Below the pieces are notes generated by a model. That model saw nothing but the letters and a program-made list of their open reading frames with translations, made no database searches and was not told the origin of the DNA. A stretch of 63,652 nucleotides of DNA, filler included, from Circinaria calcarea (lineage: Eukaryota), in NCBI GenBank assembly GCA_051942165.1. It is 8 parts of 8 records of this genome, joined end to end, with 100 filler letters (N's around TTAATTAATTAA, not from the genome) between each part and the next. Parts side by side here need not be neighbours in the genome. Positions count along the whole stretch, not along the records: positions 23,925 to 31,797 come from JAVECS010001227.1; positions 31,898 to 39,766 come from JAVECS010001228.1; 6 more parts are not named here. One strand, written 5' to 3'. Shown piece by piece: positions 23,925-37,220 of the stretch. Within the stretch, counting starts at the first letter, position 1. Every line of letters begins with the position of its first letter. The position numbers and the translations under genes were made by a program.

Positions 23925-25920
23925 GCGCCACACCGAGCATATCGAGCAGGCGTTGCATGGTCCCGGGCATATAGGGCTGCAGCAAGATGCCGCAGATGCG
24001 GAGGGATTCGGCGCAGAGATAAATGATACTGTTCAATTGATCAGAGGTTTCTGCGCTGCCTACGAGATCCCAGGGTTGAGTGTTTTGCATGTATACGTTT
24101 GTCTGGAGGTTGGGGTCAGACGTGTGCTGGAGGGGACTGGGTAATTGTAGCTGTACCTTGTATATAGTGTTCATGATCATCTTCAACGCTGCGCCAGAGT
24201 TTAGACCCTCCATCTTCTCTGTGACTATCCCAGGCAGCTTCATCAAGAGGGCACGATGGTATTTTGCCAAATCTCCATCAGCAGGTGGATTACCCGTCGT
24301 AGACCATTCAACCGCCTTCCGTACATTCCATCCCTTACCACGCATAATACGACTGGCCAGATTGCCCAGACCACCTTGTAGACCCTTCTTGTATCGGTCG
24401 ACTATGTAGCTGTTTTCGTAGTCTGCATCATCCCTTATTCCGCCATCGTGAGCTAGGTAGTAGCGCATCGCATCGACACCAAAGCGATCAATGGCGAAGA
24501 AGGGGTTCACCACGTTGCCTGTGGACTTGGACATCTTCTCATGACCCAGGGTCCAATGGGCGTGGGTGAGGATTTGGCGAGGAAGGGGCAGATCGAGAGC
24601 CATGAGGAAGGCGGGCCAGTAAATGCAATGGAACCTGACAAACGTAAGATGATATCGCAACACTGTAGAGACCTATAAAGCCTACCTTACGATATCCTTA
24701 CCAATTACATGACAATCTGCAGGCCAGCCCGCAAAATCTTCCTTTCCAGGGATCTGAAAGGGGTAGTTTGCCTTTGTCAAGTAGTTGATCAAAGCATCAA
24801 GCCAAACATAGATAGTCTGCGTTTCATCGTCTGGCACCGGTATACCCCAACTAAGCCTTTCAACCGGACGAGAGACTGATAGATCCTCCAGGCCAGATGT
24901 CACGGCTTGGACCACCTCATTCATCCGCGTTTCAGGAATGATGAATTTAGGGTTATGCTTGTAAAATCCAAGGAGGCGGTCTTTAAAGGCAGACAGTCGG
25001 AAATGGTAATTGTCCTCGGAGGTCCACTCCACTTCTTTCCCCGTCTCCATAGAGGCCTAACTATAGTTCAGTGTTCAAATCCAATAGACATAGGATAGGA
25101 CCAACCATAAATTTTCGTCCGGTGGACGGATCCAGGGTCAATTGTACAGCTGATGCTGGGTAGAAGGTTTCGTCGCTGACAGAGTACCATCCTTCATGTT
25201 TAGAGGCGTAGATATGTCCTCGTTGTCTCAACATGAGCTTTGCAATTTGTCAGACGTTGAACCACCAGTTTTTGAAAGCGCATCTCGGATTTCAGACTTA
25301 CCCAAAAGTGCTGCACAGCAAATCGGTGGTCTGGCTCAGACGTTCGTATGAAATGATCTCGGTCGACCTCAGCTCGCTGGGCCAATATCTAAAGCTGTCG
25401 TCATTGGTGGGTATTCAAGGTCCAATCTGCTATGACCTACATCGAATGACCTGAAATTCTGATTACAGAACGAGCGGACATCCTGACCAGCTTTCGCCGC
25501 TGCCTGTTGAATCTTAAGTTGACATTTAGCAAGCGATATTCCTAAGCTCGAAAGACCTTTGACCAACTTTCATGCCATGCTCATCCGTCCCCGTGCATAG
25601 TATAGCTTTCTTCCCTTGCAGAACTTGCCATCGCTTCAATATGTCCGTGAGCACCAAGGAGTAAAGATGGCCAACGTGGGGAGCTACCTCTTGTTTAGCG
25701 GTTGCTCAAAGCATGGTTTGCATTATATCGTACCGGCGTTTACGTAGAAAATAGGAGTTGTAACGTAGTAGGGTTTCCCGGGATTAGGGGTAGTCGACGA
25801 GGTACATTGTTGCCGCGCATGGCATGTACTCCGAAGACCAAGGTATATCCTGCGTCGCAATGGGTAGCAAGTGCGTAGACTATGTGTAGACTGATGCGCA
25901 AGCAACGAGCGCTTCATCAT
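23925..25920 (-). CDS. MSM1: Mitochondrial methionyl-tRNA synthetase; 3' truncated
   Basis: Basic presequence-like N-terminus, YYVTTPIFYVNA, HVGH (HIGH motif), GTDEHG, YVWLDAL, IGKDI(V)RFH, KMSKS; several GT-AG introns. Confidence 0.93.
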
Positions 25921-26155
25921 ATCATTTGTCTTCCACCATAGTCCCAAAAATATCCGCATTGGAGCTTGACCTTAAGCTGTGGCCCAAGCTCCACATTCTA
26001 TATGTTTCTGACCAGGATATACAGCTTATCCCCGATATCTCCATTCACATCTTCTTGACACTACAAAATTTCATAACCAATCACCATCTAGAACAGTACG
26101 AGATCCTCTGAGAATTTATAGGTGATACAGATCCATCTTGGCTCTCAGTACAAAT

Positions 26156-26723
26156 ATGACGGTCCCGAGCGAAGATGTAGCAACCAAAGTCTCTACAGAA
26201 GGTACGTAAACCAACAAGCCTTGTAATTGAGCGAGCGCTGAGGGGCTGCAATCATGTAGCTGCCGAAAAATTTGTGCAAAAGTACTATCATGCACTTGAC
26301 TCTTCGAGACAAACAATATCAACCTTCTATACGCCGCCAGCTGCTATGCCCGATGGTAAACCATTACCAGCTATCCTCTTCAATGGGAACATTATCCCAG
26401 ACGCCTCGGCGATGCAGACTATGTATCAGCAGCAGATGCCGCCTACTCGCTATGAGGTGCAATCCTACGACTGTCAAGTCCTCAATTCAAACTATGTAAG
26501 CGACGGAAGCAGGAACGACGGAGGGGCTAGCGGAAACAACATGACGTTCTTAGTTGTTGTCAGTGGATACGTGAAGATGGGGGAACTAAAAGAGGCGAAG
26601 ATGAACGGTTTTAGTGAAACCTTCGTACTCGTTCCTAAGTTGGATACGCATTCTACCAGAGGTCGTGGGAAGGCGGCTAGCGAGTGGCTGATCCAGAGCC
26701 AGAACTTCCGCCTTGTGGTTTAG
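26156..26723 (+). CDS. NXT1: NTF2-related export protein Nxt1/p15
   Basis: MTVPSEDVATKVSTE, intron, then AAEKFVQKYYHALD...ILFNGN...EVQSYDCQ...VVVSGYV...FSETFVL...WLIQSQNFRLVV, an NTF2-fold pattern. Confidence 0.8.
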
Positions 26724-27260
26724 GTCTTCCTCCTGACCTTGTATGGACTTGCCTACTAAGTCCTCCTCAAATGCCAAGGCTTTGGGCATCGACGTCGATT
26801 GTCATATCAACTACATTCACTGCAACCCTTTCAAAGACTTCCTATTCACAGATGGCATTCATTCACATCAATGATTGACAAGGATCTTCGAATTCGCTCC
26901 AATCACTCCGCCAGACTTCAGTCTTACTTCTTCAACTATAGCCGTGCACCTCACCTTGCCGAGCGGTAAGCCGCAAACTTCAATGTAGCATGGTATCAGC
27001 TAGCACAGAGCTCAACACCTCTCATGTGCGGAGCCTCTCATGCTCACTATACCTGAATCTCCTATACCGCTTTCAACTCTTCCTAGTCCTCCAAGGCTAC
27101 CTGAAGTTAGCACTGGCTTGACTTCTAACCGTTGGCAGCCTTCGGAATCCTATACCGTCTATCAGATCTATGTCCTCAGATCACCACAGCAGAAGGAAAG
27201 ATTCTAGATTACTTACCACTCGGTTTTCAGGGTTAGTACCAATATCTAGCCACGTCAATC

Positions 27261-29784
27261 ATGCAGTACTCTGAGGGTGTACCATACCGCTCTGCGACTG
27301 CAGCCATCACAGCCGACAATCTTCAATGCACAGAATACAGAGTCTCCACCACTAATAATGTGGTGGAAGGTTTCATATGTGTGAAAAAGGGGCAGACATT
27401 GGAAATCAATTGTAAGGTAGTTATCGACACTGATGACTGCCAAGTGGATCTGATCATCGACGGAATCCTCCGTGAATCTATGACTAGCCGTAAGAAATCG
27501 GCGCATAGGAAGAATTTCGCTTTCAAGCATGGAATATACAAGATTAAACGGAAGACTTGGAAAGGGTCTATCAAAGTCTCTGATCTTGATCTGGGTAGGC
27601 CTTATGGATTCTCGATGGTAACTGCAACAAGATACTTATATTTCCTCTCCCAGGCAATTTCAACCCAATAAGTCCCACCAAAGTAGGCACCATTGAATTA
27701 CGAATCGCCAGAGCTGAGAATCTTTTCACGCATCCCCAAACCGTACCAGCATACTACGAAGTGGCCAATTGGAGGGATCTACCATTACCGTTTGGTAATG
27801 GTGGTGTTGATCCTAAGTATCAAATTAGGTTAATCATCTACCATGACTAAAGTGGCTCCTTAAATATGCTGATATTATATAGCTTCGAGGACGATGAACA
27901 GTTAACCAACTCAATGGGAGCAACGGTACGAGACAAGATCCGTCGGCCAAGGCCCGGGCAATCAACGTGGGCGACTTTCAGATTCTTGTATCGTGACGAA
28001 GGTAACGTTATCCTTCCCAAACCCCTAGTCTTCATATAAATAACATTTCTAGCGTCTCTCCGCAACGCCGGCCTGATGATACCTAGCCCTATCACTGTCA
28101 TCGCAAGAGCTTCCAGTCCTGCCTCCACACGTTCTTCTACCACTTCAAGAGAATCTACCCCAATTTCGAAAAACCCTAAACCCACCACGATTAATCCGAC
28201 CCCCGCTCTAAGCGATCTGGCCCCTGGCCCCAGGGACCTGACTCCTTCCCCTGCAAATTCTGTGCCTGCACCAAGTCTACCTGGGGCTGCCAAAAAGGTT
28301 CTCTCACGTAGCACAGATATCCCTTCAGATCTCCTAAGAGTATCTACTCCAGCTCCAACTGCTTCGATTCCTACTCGAAGTGGTTCGACACCTGTTGCCC
28401 GAGTCTCCATATTCGGCCCAACCAACCCTGCTCCCCTTTCTGGCGAAACAGTCTCTGCCCAAGGGGATCCTAAGTCTGTTGCAAGAGTCACCAGTCTCTC
28501 TTCTGCGCCTGGTATGAAAGCAGCATTGGTTCTGCCAGCTTCCGAAGCTCCTGAAACGCCAAGCTCTTCAACGGCATCTACAGTATTAGACACCAAAAGA
28601 GACGGTCACAACCAATTAGTGGCTCCACTCAATACGGTAATTCCTCAGATTCACATCAAGTCAGAGCACCCAATAATCAAAGTTGAGAAGGTCCATGATA
28701 GTAACGACAAAGATACAGCTCGAATTCCAATGTCGGTACCCCTTGCTGCAAACGCCAAAGGCCCGCAGTGGACTGCCCACTCTAGAGCTACTGTGGAGAG
28801 AGGACCTCGAGCGATCAAAGGACTTGGGCTTGATTTGAGCCAAGTGTGGTCATCTGAACAAGTCGACGAACTACCACTGGATACTGCAAGTGTCCATGAA
28901 GTATCCGATAATGCTTCAGTGGAGAAGTCTCTGCGGCCGAAAGCATTGGAGGATTTAAACCCAAGGCCTGATATGCCGAAACCGGACAAAGCCTCAGCTG
29001 TCCCTCCCGGAGCTCATGCTGCGTCTGAACAGGAAGCGATTCGTCTGAATAATCTTTCCCTCTCTGATCTCCACCAGCAAGTACTTACGCCAAGCACCTC
29101 CGGTAAAAATCTGGGCGTTCACATTACCTCAACGGGTGGCTCAGTTCGCGATCGTCAGAATTCTCTATTTCTCACCCCTGGCCCCGAGGAACGTTTATTG
29201 CTTGGGAGGATGACGCGTGATTTGATACAGCAGACGCCTGTGCATAAAGGTCCAACACCAACCAGGCACCTGGAAGAACGAGATCGACAAATGTCTAAGC
29301 ACCCGGACGAGCAACCAGAACCGCAGCTTGTTACTCGCTCTGGAAGTAAACGTCCTTTTGATAGCGCAGATTATGCAAGGCAAAGTATTGAGACACCTTC
29401 TGTTAATGACCAGGACCAGCTTGAGACCAAACGGCGCAAGAAAGATATCAAGACGTTAGAAGCTGAAATTGCTAGTTTGGCAAAAGAGAAAGCAGAGAGC
29501 GCTCGTAGAAGAGAGGAAGCGAGGAAAAGAATTGAAGAGCACGACGTGAGCTCATAAGCTGTTGTTTTTTACCTGCGTGTTATGACTGACCGGTTTACAG
29601 AGCATTATGACCGCAAAATACGAAGCTCTAGAACGGAAAAAGCAAGAAATCCTGCGTTGCATTGAAGAGGATCGCAAAGCCGAAGAGGCTTACCTTGTGA
29701 GTAGGTTTGATACAAGGGACTGTTCAAGGCGTATACTAACTAATGTAGAATCGGCAAAGGGAGCTAGAGGATGAGAGCTCATGA
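27261..29784 (+). CDS. Hypothetical protein: beta-rich N-terminal domain (DUF7918-like), long Ser/Thr/Pro-rich linker, C-terminal coiled coil
   Basis: Splicing joins the track ORFs 27261-27671 and 28076-29557 (VGTIELRI...WATFRFLYRD..LRNAGL). Two short 3' exons end in TGA at 29782-29784. Confidence 0.6.
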
Positions 29785-30491
29785 AAAGATACACGTTGGG
29801 CATTAACAAAGTACTGCCATGTGCGTTAGCAAGCCTCGATTATTTGCTCAGGACTTCCTACCTCCCAAAGTTGTCGTCTTTCAAGACGTGGATAAAACTC
29901 ATCCGCCAATACCCGTGATAGCGGTTTCGCCTTTTCACCGATTGATCGGTTTACAGTTTGAAGGACTTCCACGCCTTACATTTGACGCTGAAACCTCAAG
30001 ACAGGGCTGTTCTTGATGGCCTCTTGGGTTACTGACATATCCCTGCCCTATCTCTTCCAAGCGTCTCAAATCTGAAGAAGACTCTGGAATGCGTTAGGGA
30101 TTAAACCGTCGACTACCAATTACAATATTATTCTTAATCTTCGCTTATGAATCTGTCAGGTCCCAGAGCCGTCAATGGAGCCTCAACTTATATTCAGTTT
30201 TCTAACCGGCTAAACACAGAAGAAGGATCGGTCTCAAAGCAGTCTCCAAAGTGGCATTAGTTTCGAAAGCTAGTCCTTCTCCCCATGCTCTGATTCATCT
30301 CACCGCGCTGGTTTACATAGCGTTAGAGGTTTCTATGATCCACGCCTAAACAGATGATCAGTAGTCCAATCCCTTCGCTTCTTGACCCACGAAGTCAACG
30401 GTTGTCTCTTAATGGCTTCGATGAAAAGAGATCCTCTACAGTTTCCATGGAGATTCAAGCATAAAGAGCACAAAACTTCAGGAATAGGAGG

Positions 30492-30986
30492 TCAAGATCT
30501 AGGCGGTGGTCGAAGATTGGCTTTGACCCTTTCCAATAACTCCTCTCGAGTGGCTTTTCCACTGGGAAGGAGACCTCTCTTCACAACATTATAATCAGCA
30601 TTTTGCTAGCCACATAGAAGATATGTATGAAAAATCTCTTACCACTTGAAGCCATCGGTGTATTTCTGAATCTGCCCACATCGACGGATCTATAGAGGAT
30701 ATCTTTAGGCTCTTGTCCTCGAGAACTAGTAGTAGAGAGCTGTACCCCCTGTAGGGTCCTTTTCGGCCGGGAAAATATCGCCGCCCCAGATACTCCATGC
30801 TGCTACCGCCGTGATAATGCCCGCAAAACCTAGAAACAAGAGCTCAGCCCTTCTTTCCTAAGTGACAAAGACTAAATATCTTACCTAAGAATGCATTCTG
30901 GACAGAATCAGTTAGCCAGAATTCATTCAAAGTACAGGTGAATGGCTTACTCGCGACTGCAGCGCCCTGTCCAGAGGTGTGGGCAT
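30492..30986 (-). CDS. 88-aa single-pass membrane microprotein with a C-terminal Ish1/LEM-SAP-like helical motif (five exons)
   Basis: Exons 30986-30951, 30897-30885, 30829-30746, 30689-30643 and 30578-30492, all GT-AG, total 267 nt: MPTPLDRALQSRNAFLGFAGIITAVAAWSIWGGDIFPAEKDPTGDPSMWADSEIHRWLQVRGLLPSGKATREELLERVKANLRPPPRS*. Confidence 0.85.
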
Positions 30987-31419
30987 GGCTATCTCACTGA
31001 TAAAGCCAGATGTCTATAGTACTTAGGGTTTAACAGACTAGTGTTTGATTCAAAGGTTGTAAAAAGGGACTGGGGCTTTGAGGCAGCTGAAAGGGTAGGC
31101 TGGGTTGTAGCCGACAGTCTCACTCCTATCACTGGAAGAGGGTAATATGATAGAAGAAACAGTGAATACTTCCTAACGAGAAGTCCAGGACATGAACTTA
31201 AACACATCACACCCAAAACGCCACGTGGCTTTAGCTTAATTTAGCCTTTTCCCCCACCCGCCGCTAAGGGTTTTCCCGCGCCTCGCTAAGTCTTCCACAA
31301 AGTCGAAAGCAGCACCGACCCCTAGCACAAATATCACACGAGCTCCTTGCGTACCGCGACAAAACAACGACCCAGCTCCCCGAAAACGGATATTCCTCCT
31401 GTAAAACTCGCCATCCACC

Positions 31420-31754
31420 ATGCCTCAGGAAGTATCGGACATTAAACAATTCATCGAGATTTGCCGGCGCAAGGATGCAAAGTGTGAGTTTCTCCCTTTC
31501 CCCCCTCTCTCCTTCCCTCTTCCCTCTTCCCTCGTCTTTCCTTCTCTACGATATTCTGTGGCATTGGCCGGTTTGGATGTAACTCTGAGCTGACGACGAG
31601 GCCTGCTGGCGTGGGAATCTTACAGCCGCCCGCATAAAGCGCAACCGCAAAACCCAGCAGATCAAGTTCAAAGTGCGGTGTCATCGCTACCTGTACACGC
31701 TGGTGCTCAAGGATTCGGACAAGGCGGATAAGCTGAAGCAGAGTTTGCCTCCGA
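31420..31754 (+). CDS. RPL38: 60S ribosomal protein L38 (eL38); last exon lost at contig end
   Basis: Exons 31420-31483 and 31626-31754: [64 protein letters not shown]. Confidence 0.96.
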
Positions 31755-31797
31755 GTACGTGCAATTCTTCTTTTTATCGGGGGAAAGGGGGGGGGTT

Positions 31798-31897
31798 NNN
31801 NNNNNNNNNNNNNNNNNNNNNNNNNNNNNNNNNNNNNNNNNTTAATTAATTAANNNNNNNNNNNNNNNNNNNNNNNNNNNNNNNNNNNNNNNNNNNN
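31798..31897. other. Artificial contig linker
   Basis: 44 N + TTAATTAATTAA + 44 N. Confidence 0.99.
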
Positions 31898-32563
31898 GGG
31901 AGAGGGGAGGACGGAGGAGAGGGGCAAAGGGGCTGGTCAGGGTGGCGGTCGACGGGGTGAGGGAATGGGTCGGGGAGACGGGGGAGCTGATGGGATTTTG
32001 GAAGGGAGACAGGACGAGGAGATTTTAGTCTCCCGATACAAGTCGTTTTTAGTTCCCAATACAAGTCCTTTCTTTGTCCATGAGCGGTCAGCCTAGTTGG
32101 CCCAAGGAGCACCAGCATGATGTGCATGTTACAGATGTATGTCATATCTCATTGTCCAGCAATATCGGATCCTCTCAAGTAAAAAAAGGATCATTTCGAC
32201 CGAATAAATCTAAACCACCAGAACCGCCGCGTAACCCCTGTAATCCATGGTACGCCATAACCCGATGCCATTCGTTCATGCATCAGAAAGCAACAAAAGT
32301 CCTGTCGAATGGCAGAGACACACACTCGGACCCAAGTATGTTGAGAGTAATATTAACCATATCAACGGCAAAACGCTTGTGCTGAAATATGGGCTCGGGG
32401 GAATCTCCGATTACCACCGAGCATGGAATAACATGTGAAGAAATCAGTATGGGAGATTCGTGACGACGTAAATATCTGTACAAAGTAGGGTATTATTCAC
32501 AACAGGGTTAGAGATCTTCGGACGCTGCGAATCAGGCTAGGGGGTTGGGCGTCATGCCAGCAT

Positions 32564-35500
32564 TTATTCCGTAGGTATGTCTTCATGCACTGCATCTAAA
32601 GAGTAGTCAGCCCACTATTCGAAAAGTCATGCAGTTGGGAACAACGAACGCGGAGTCTGCCTTAGGAACGGCAAAGAGAGCTTCCTATGCCCATACTGAG
32701 CATCCAACATTGAACTTTCCCTCCGCCGAGCTTTGGAATCCCGCATAATCCCAGTTGAACCGAGTGTCCGTTGAAAGATACTAGGGCCCGCAGTAAGATG
32801 GTTAACCGAGGCAGCACTCCCTTGAACTGCGGGTCTAAGTCCTGGGAGACTGGTCTCGTAAGAAGGCTGCAATGGTGTGAACCCTGTTTCTGGCTGCTTG
32901 TGAGAGTTCCACACCACTTCCTCATGAGCTGCACCAAGGCTATGCGGTGGAAATGTATCCTGGTGGTATGAGGGTGTTGGGATATCTGAGAATAGCTGAC
33001 GTCGAGGCGAACGAATATCTTCTGGCGTCAACGGCTCAGCAGCTGGCACATCGACCAGTTTGGCGGCATCCTTATTTGGCTCCTCCCCAAAGATGCTATC
33101 AAAGTCGGTGAGGAAGGCTGAAAATACGGGCGCTGGAATATTAAGGGTTGGGGAGAACACGATTCCGACGTTCCGAACGTTCATTCTATTGACATCGGAA
33201 TTTTTGATGATGTCTATAAGAAAGGCAGACAAGGCCCGAATCAAAGTCCAATTCGCAAGAGGTAGCCTAAAGATAAGGGCGTTGTACGCAGCGATTTTCT
33301 TTGCCTTTTCGTCAAGGTCTTCAAACGCAAGTATGTCAGTCATGCCACAGCGCAGCGGATAGAGCAAAATGCTTACCGAGAACTTGCAAAAAATTTAGAT
33401 GTAATTCCCGAGTGAGTATCATGGAGGGAAGTTCCCGCAAGTACTGCTTGAGCAAAGACGCTACAGCATGTATGTCGTGGTACTGTCCGTCAGCAGAGAG
33501 GTCGACATCGCCCTCGATACTGAACCTTTCTCGTAAAGCCTTGATCACCAGGTTAGACCCGCTTAACCTGAAAATCCCTTCCTCGCTCGCGGCATCTTTT
33601 AGCGTAAGATATTCGAGACATCGATAGACCACAGCAGGTAGACAGACTTTAATTCCCTGGGGCGGACAGGTTGCCACGGCTTCCGACAACGGGATACCAA
33701 AAACATCTTTTGATCGCTCGCCAGTAACAGGTCGAAGCGAACTTGCAACAGTCTCGTTCGATTGAGGGGTTCCTCCATCGAGTGAAGGCTTATGACTAAA
33801 ACCCCAGATACTCCTCTTCCTTTCTTTGTCTCTACCCTTAGGACTATCCATTACTCTATTTCCCCACGCTCCCGCGTTTTGGATGATGCTGCCGCCCATG
33901 GGCCCAGAAATAGACCTTGAGGGGTGAAGCGAGTGTACATCATTTACCGGCGAGGGTGTTTCTGTGTCTCGCGGAGCCGGCGTAACCCTGACAGGTACCT
34001 GGGCCGGGATAGTTTTTTCATAACTAACGCCTTGGAAGCTGTTTGCATCGACTTCTGACTCGTTTAGTTCACCCTCGTCTTTCCGGACTGTCTTCTTCCT
34101 AGTCTGCCCAAATGATAATTTGCTAGAACTGGAGTCATTCCGTGGCATACCAGGCCGCGTGCTGTCTGGCCTGGAAGGAGATAAATCGACATATTGCATA
34201 AGAGCCATGACCCACTCATCCCGTTCTGCGTCACTTTCCGCGCAGAGCACATGCCTTAGATGATTTCCCGGATCTTTACGCTTAGGTTCGAGGATGAGAA
34301 AAGCATGGCGAAAGTGATGATCAGGTTCCTCGTTTCCACGGGATGGTGATGTCGTATGGTGGGTGTTTTGCCGGCCGATTTGAGCGCCGTGTAGCCTGAT
34401 AGACCCCAGCAAAGCGCCTCCTGGTGACTCGTAGTAGCGCAGGGTTGGCTCATCCAGAATAAAGTACCTAGTTTTCCATCCTCCAAAGTTCTTCCCACGT
34501 TTGGTTAGATAGCCTTCTTTGATTTTCCTCCCACCCGGACCTAGTGATACAGGAGAGTCTCCGCTAAACTGGCTGTCACTCCCATTCGATACACTGCTTT
34601 CCGCTTGAGGAACATGACTCGAGAGGTAGCGGCATACAGCAAGGGCGGTCTTCTCATCCATGGGCGTATCCAAGATAGATTCGAAGTACTTTTCCAAAGC
34701 TATTCGGCACGCATGAACCTTTGTAGCCGTATGGCCATTGAAGAGTGCTCGGTCCGGCAGTTTGCTACAGAATGCCGAAAGCTTTTTGAGCTGATGATCT
34801 AATGGTGGAAGTGACATTATTGGCTTCTCCACTTGCCAGAGTTGTTGTAGATCAGACCGCGAAGATATACCCAAGGTGAAAACCGGTTCTTCTTCAGGCC
34901 CTTTAAGTGACAAGGCGCTACGACGAGATGGCCGATGATGCAAAGACACTACCTTCACGAGGATTGAGGGCAATGCATTAGGAGGAAGTAGTAAATCGGG
35001 ATATGCCTCTGAAACCAAACCTCTGTAGCCCACATCGGTTGGAACACCCTCGATATTTTCACGCGGCGTATCGTTGACATCTTCGTCATGAGATGCTTGA
35101 TGTTGCTGTGCTAGATTGCTAATTCCATCCGCTGGGATCACGGATATTTTGGTGGCCTGAAGCTTGTCCTCTGCCAATGGCAGTGGAGATCCTAAGGATG
35201 TGGGATCGCGTGATGGGAGTGGAATTGGATGCCGCGGAGCTCTAGGGGAAAGTGACATGCTAGAGATACTAGGACGAGGTGAAACCGGCGGTGATGCCAT
35301 TAATGCATCTGTCCCTTCTCGTGGAAGCCTCGGAGGAGGCGCGTTCATTGGTCGATCGCTTGGACGTGGACTTAAAGGTAGCCCTGGGCTCAGGGGAAAT
35401 GGAGAGCTTAGGCTTCGCTCCGATATCGAGTTTGTAGGTACGTTAGCTCGCTGACTCAGAACACCGACCAAAGAGGCAGGGGGTGAAAGAAGATTATTCT

Positions 35501-37220
35501 GGGTGGCTGGAGGAGAGGTGGGGGCGAACGCTCGAATGGTGGGCGACAGCGGCAACAGCGGCAGGATGGCCGGAACACATTTGCCAGTCTTATCTCCCGC
35601 AGCTCTGGATTGCTTGCTTTTCTTCGATTGACTGCGACTTTGCTGCTCTCTGAGCAACTGGGCCTCTCGCTCTTTGTCATCCTCTTCTCTTGTTTTCTTT
35701 CGCCCTCTTTCGAAAGAAGGGATTTCGTCAACCTCAAGGATCTCTTCATACTCGGATTCGGAATGGCTGTCGGGACCATATTGCCCAAAGGATGTACTGA
35801 TAGGTCTATCCTGCCGAAGGTTGAGAGGGGCCGGCGGAGGTTTTCGAGCACTCAGTGAGGCTTTCTCTTGCTCTTCGCCTTGAGGAGCTACGTCAACCAA
35901 CGGGCTAGGGTGACCCTTGCGAGGCGTTGTGAGTGACCGTCTGGCGGTGAAGCTGCCTGATGATGCGACGCCTTCGTTATCATGAGTTGCCGTTGAGGAA
36001 GTGTGACCAGAATTTAATCCCCCCGATGGTGGCAGGATGAATCCGTTCATCTCTACGTTTCCTGGTGATATGTCATCGTCGCCAGGGTGCATGCTGGCCT
36101 GAGTCCTAAACTTCAGATCGTACAGAGGTATCGTTGGCTGTCTGTTCGTTGTTGAAGAGGTCCCGGTGGGCTTTTCACGATTAAATGTGAATTGTTCTTG
36201 TGAGGAGCTGTCTACCCCATGCATAGTATGCTTGAAAGGATCACGTACGCTATGTCGCTGTATGGGTAGCTCATCCTGCGATTCGCTGGGCGTCGGTGAC
36301 ACGCTAGCATCTCGGATTGGCTCCGGTGAAGATTTGGGTGGAGAGCTTGGAACGGGAGGAATCTGAGCTAGGTACTCCTTAAGCTTCTTCCTGTACCTCT
36401 CCTTATCCAGCAATACCCGTTCCAGATCCTTGTTCAACCCAAGAACCAGTGTCCGCTGTTTATCTACCAACCTCCACAGCTGCGCATTCTGGGCCGCAGC
36501 ATGCTTCTTTTCTCGCATCAATTGATAAATTGCAGCTTCCGGCGAACCAACCAGAGTAATTATGTGTTGTATATCCGCAAGGTTAGCGGCCGCTCCCGAT
36601 TCTTGTGTACTAGGCTGGGATTGCGATGTGGTGGATGATATTGTCGACATGGTCGAGTCCATCGAGGATGTGCGCGGGACGAAGCGTGACTCGAGCTGCC
36701 CTGGGCCAGCCTTTACCGCAGACGGAGGTATATCTGACAAAGGTTGCGGAAAAGAATATCCAGCGCTGCTGGGAAACATCGTTGGTAGTGAAACATTGCG
36801 AGCTTGATGAGCAGGTTCTTCTTTCGGCGTGGCTAAAGGGCTGCTTTGATACATTGTTGAATATTCTCGACGTGAAGTGTCTTTGCTGTCGAGTGAGCGT
36901 TCTGCGGCTAGAAACTCATTCAGCCTCTCCTGAGGGGATTTGTTAGGGTCCCGTGCGAAGGCTGGACTGTACCGTGGGGACCGTGGCGAGTAGGATGGTG
37001 AGCTCGCAGCCTTCGGCGAGAGAGAAGACAAGACTACAAGCGGACTAGTAGGCATGAAGTCGTTGGTGAGAGGAGTAGAGATCTGTGTCACTTGCAATGG
37101 ACTCGGTGTAGGTTTTCTTTTTGGTGCCGACACGGACGAGCCATCAGCATGGGAGGACAGATTCGAGTTATTGCGGGAAGATCGGAAGGCTGTCTGACTC
37201 GGTCTTCGCGGTTCTGACAT
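32564..37220 (-). CDS. BEM3: PX-PH-RhoGAP protein (Bem3-like GTPase-activating protein)
   Basis: QNAQLWRLVDKQR coiled coil, PX-like region, PH (KEGYLTKRGKNFGGWKTRYFIL), RhoGAP (VFGIPL...VVYRCLEYL...EGIFRLSG...SLLKQYLREL...NRMNVRNVGIVFSPTL). Introns ~33319-33376 and near the 3' end; start codon uncertain. Confidence 0.88.

Noticed and set aside
27847..28596. 249-aa minus-strand ORF and similar long antisense ORFs over PRP2, HEL2, the RhoGAP, the S8 gene and kinesin
   Set aside because: They overlap well-supported genes on the opposite strand and show no domains.
31021..31330. TTAGGG/CCCTA-like motifs near RPL38, considered as telomeric repeats or ribosomal-protein promoter boxes
   Set aside because: They are isolated single copies, not tandem, and too short to support without comparative data.
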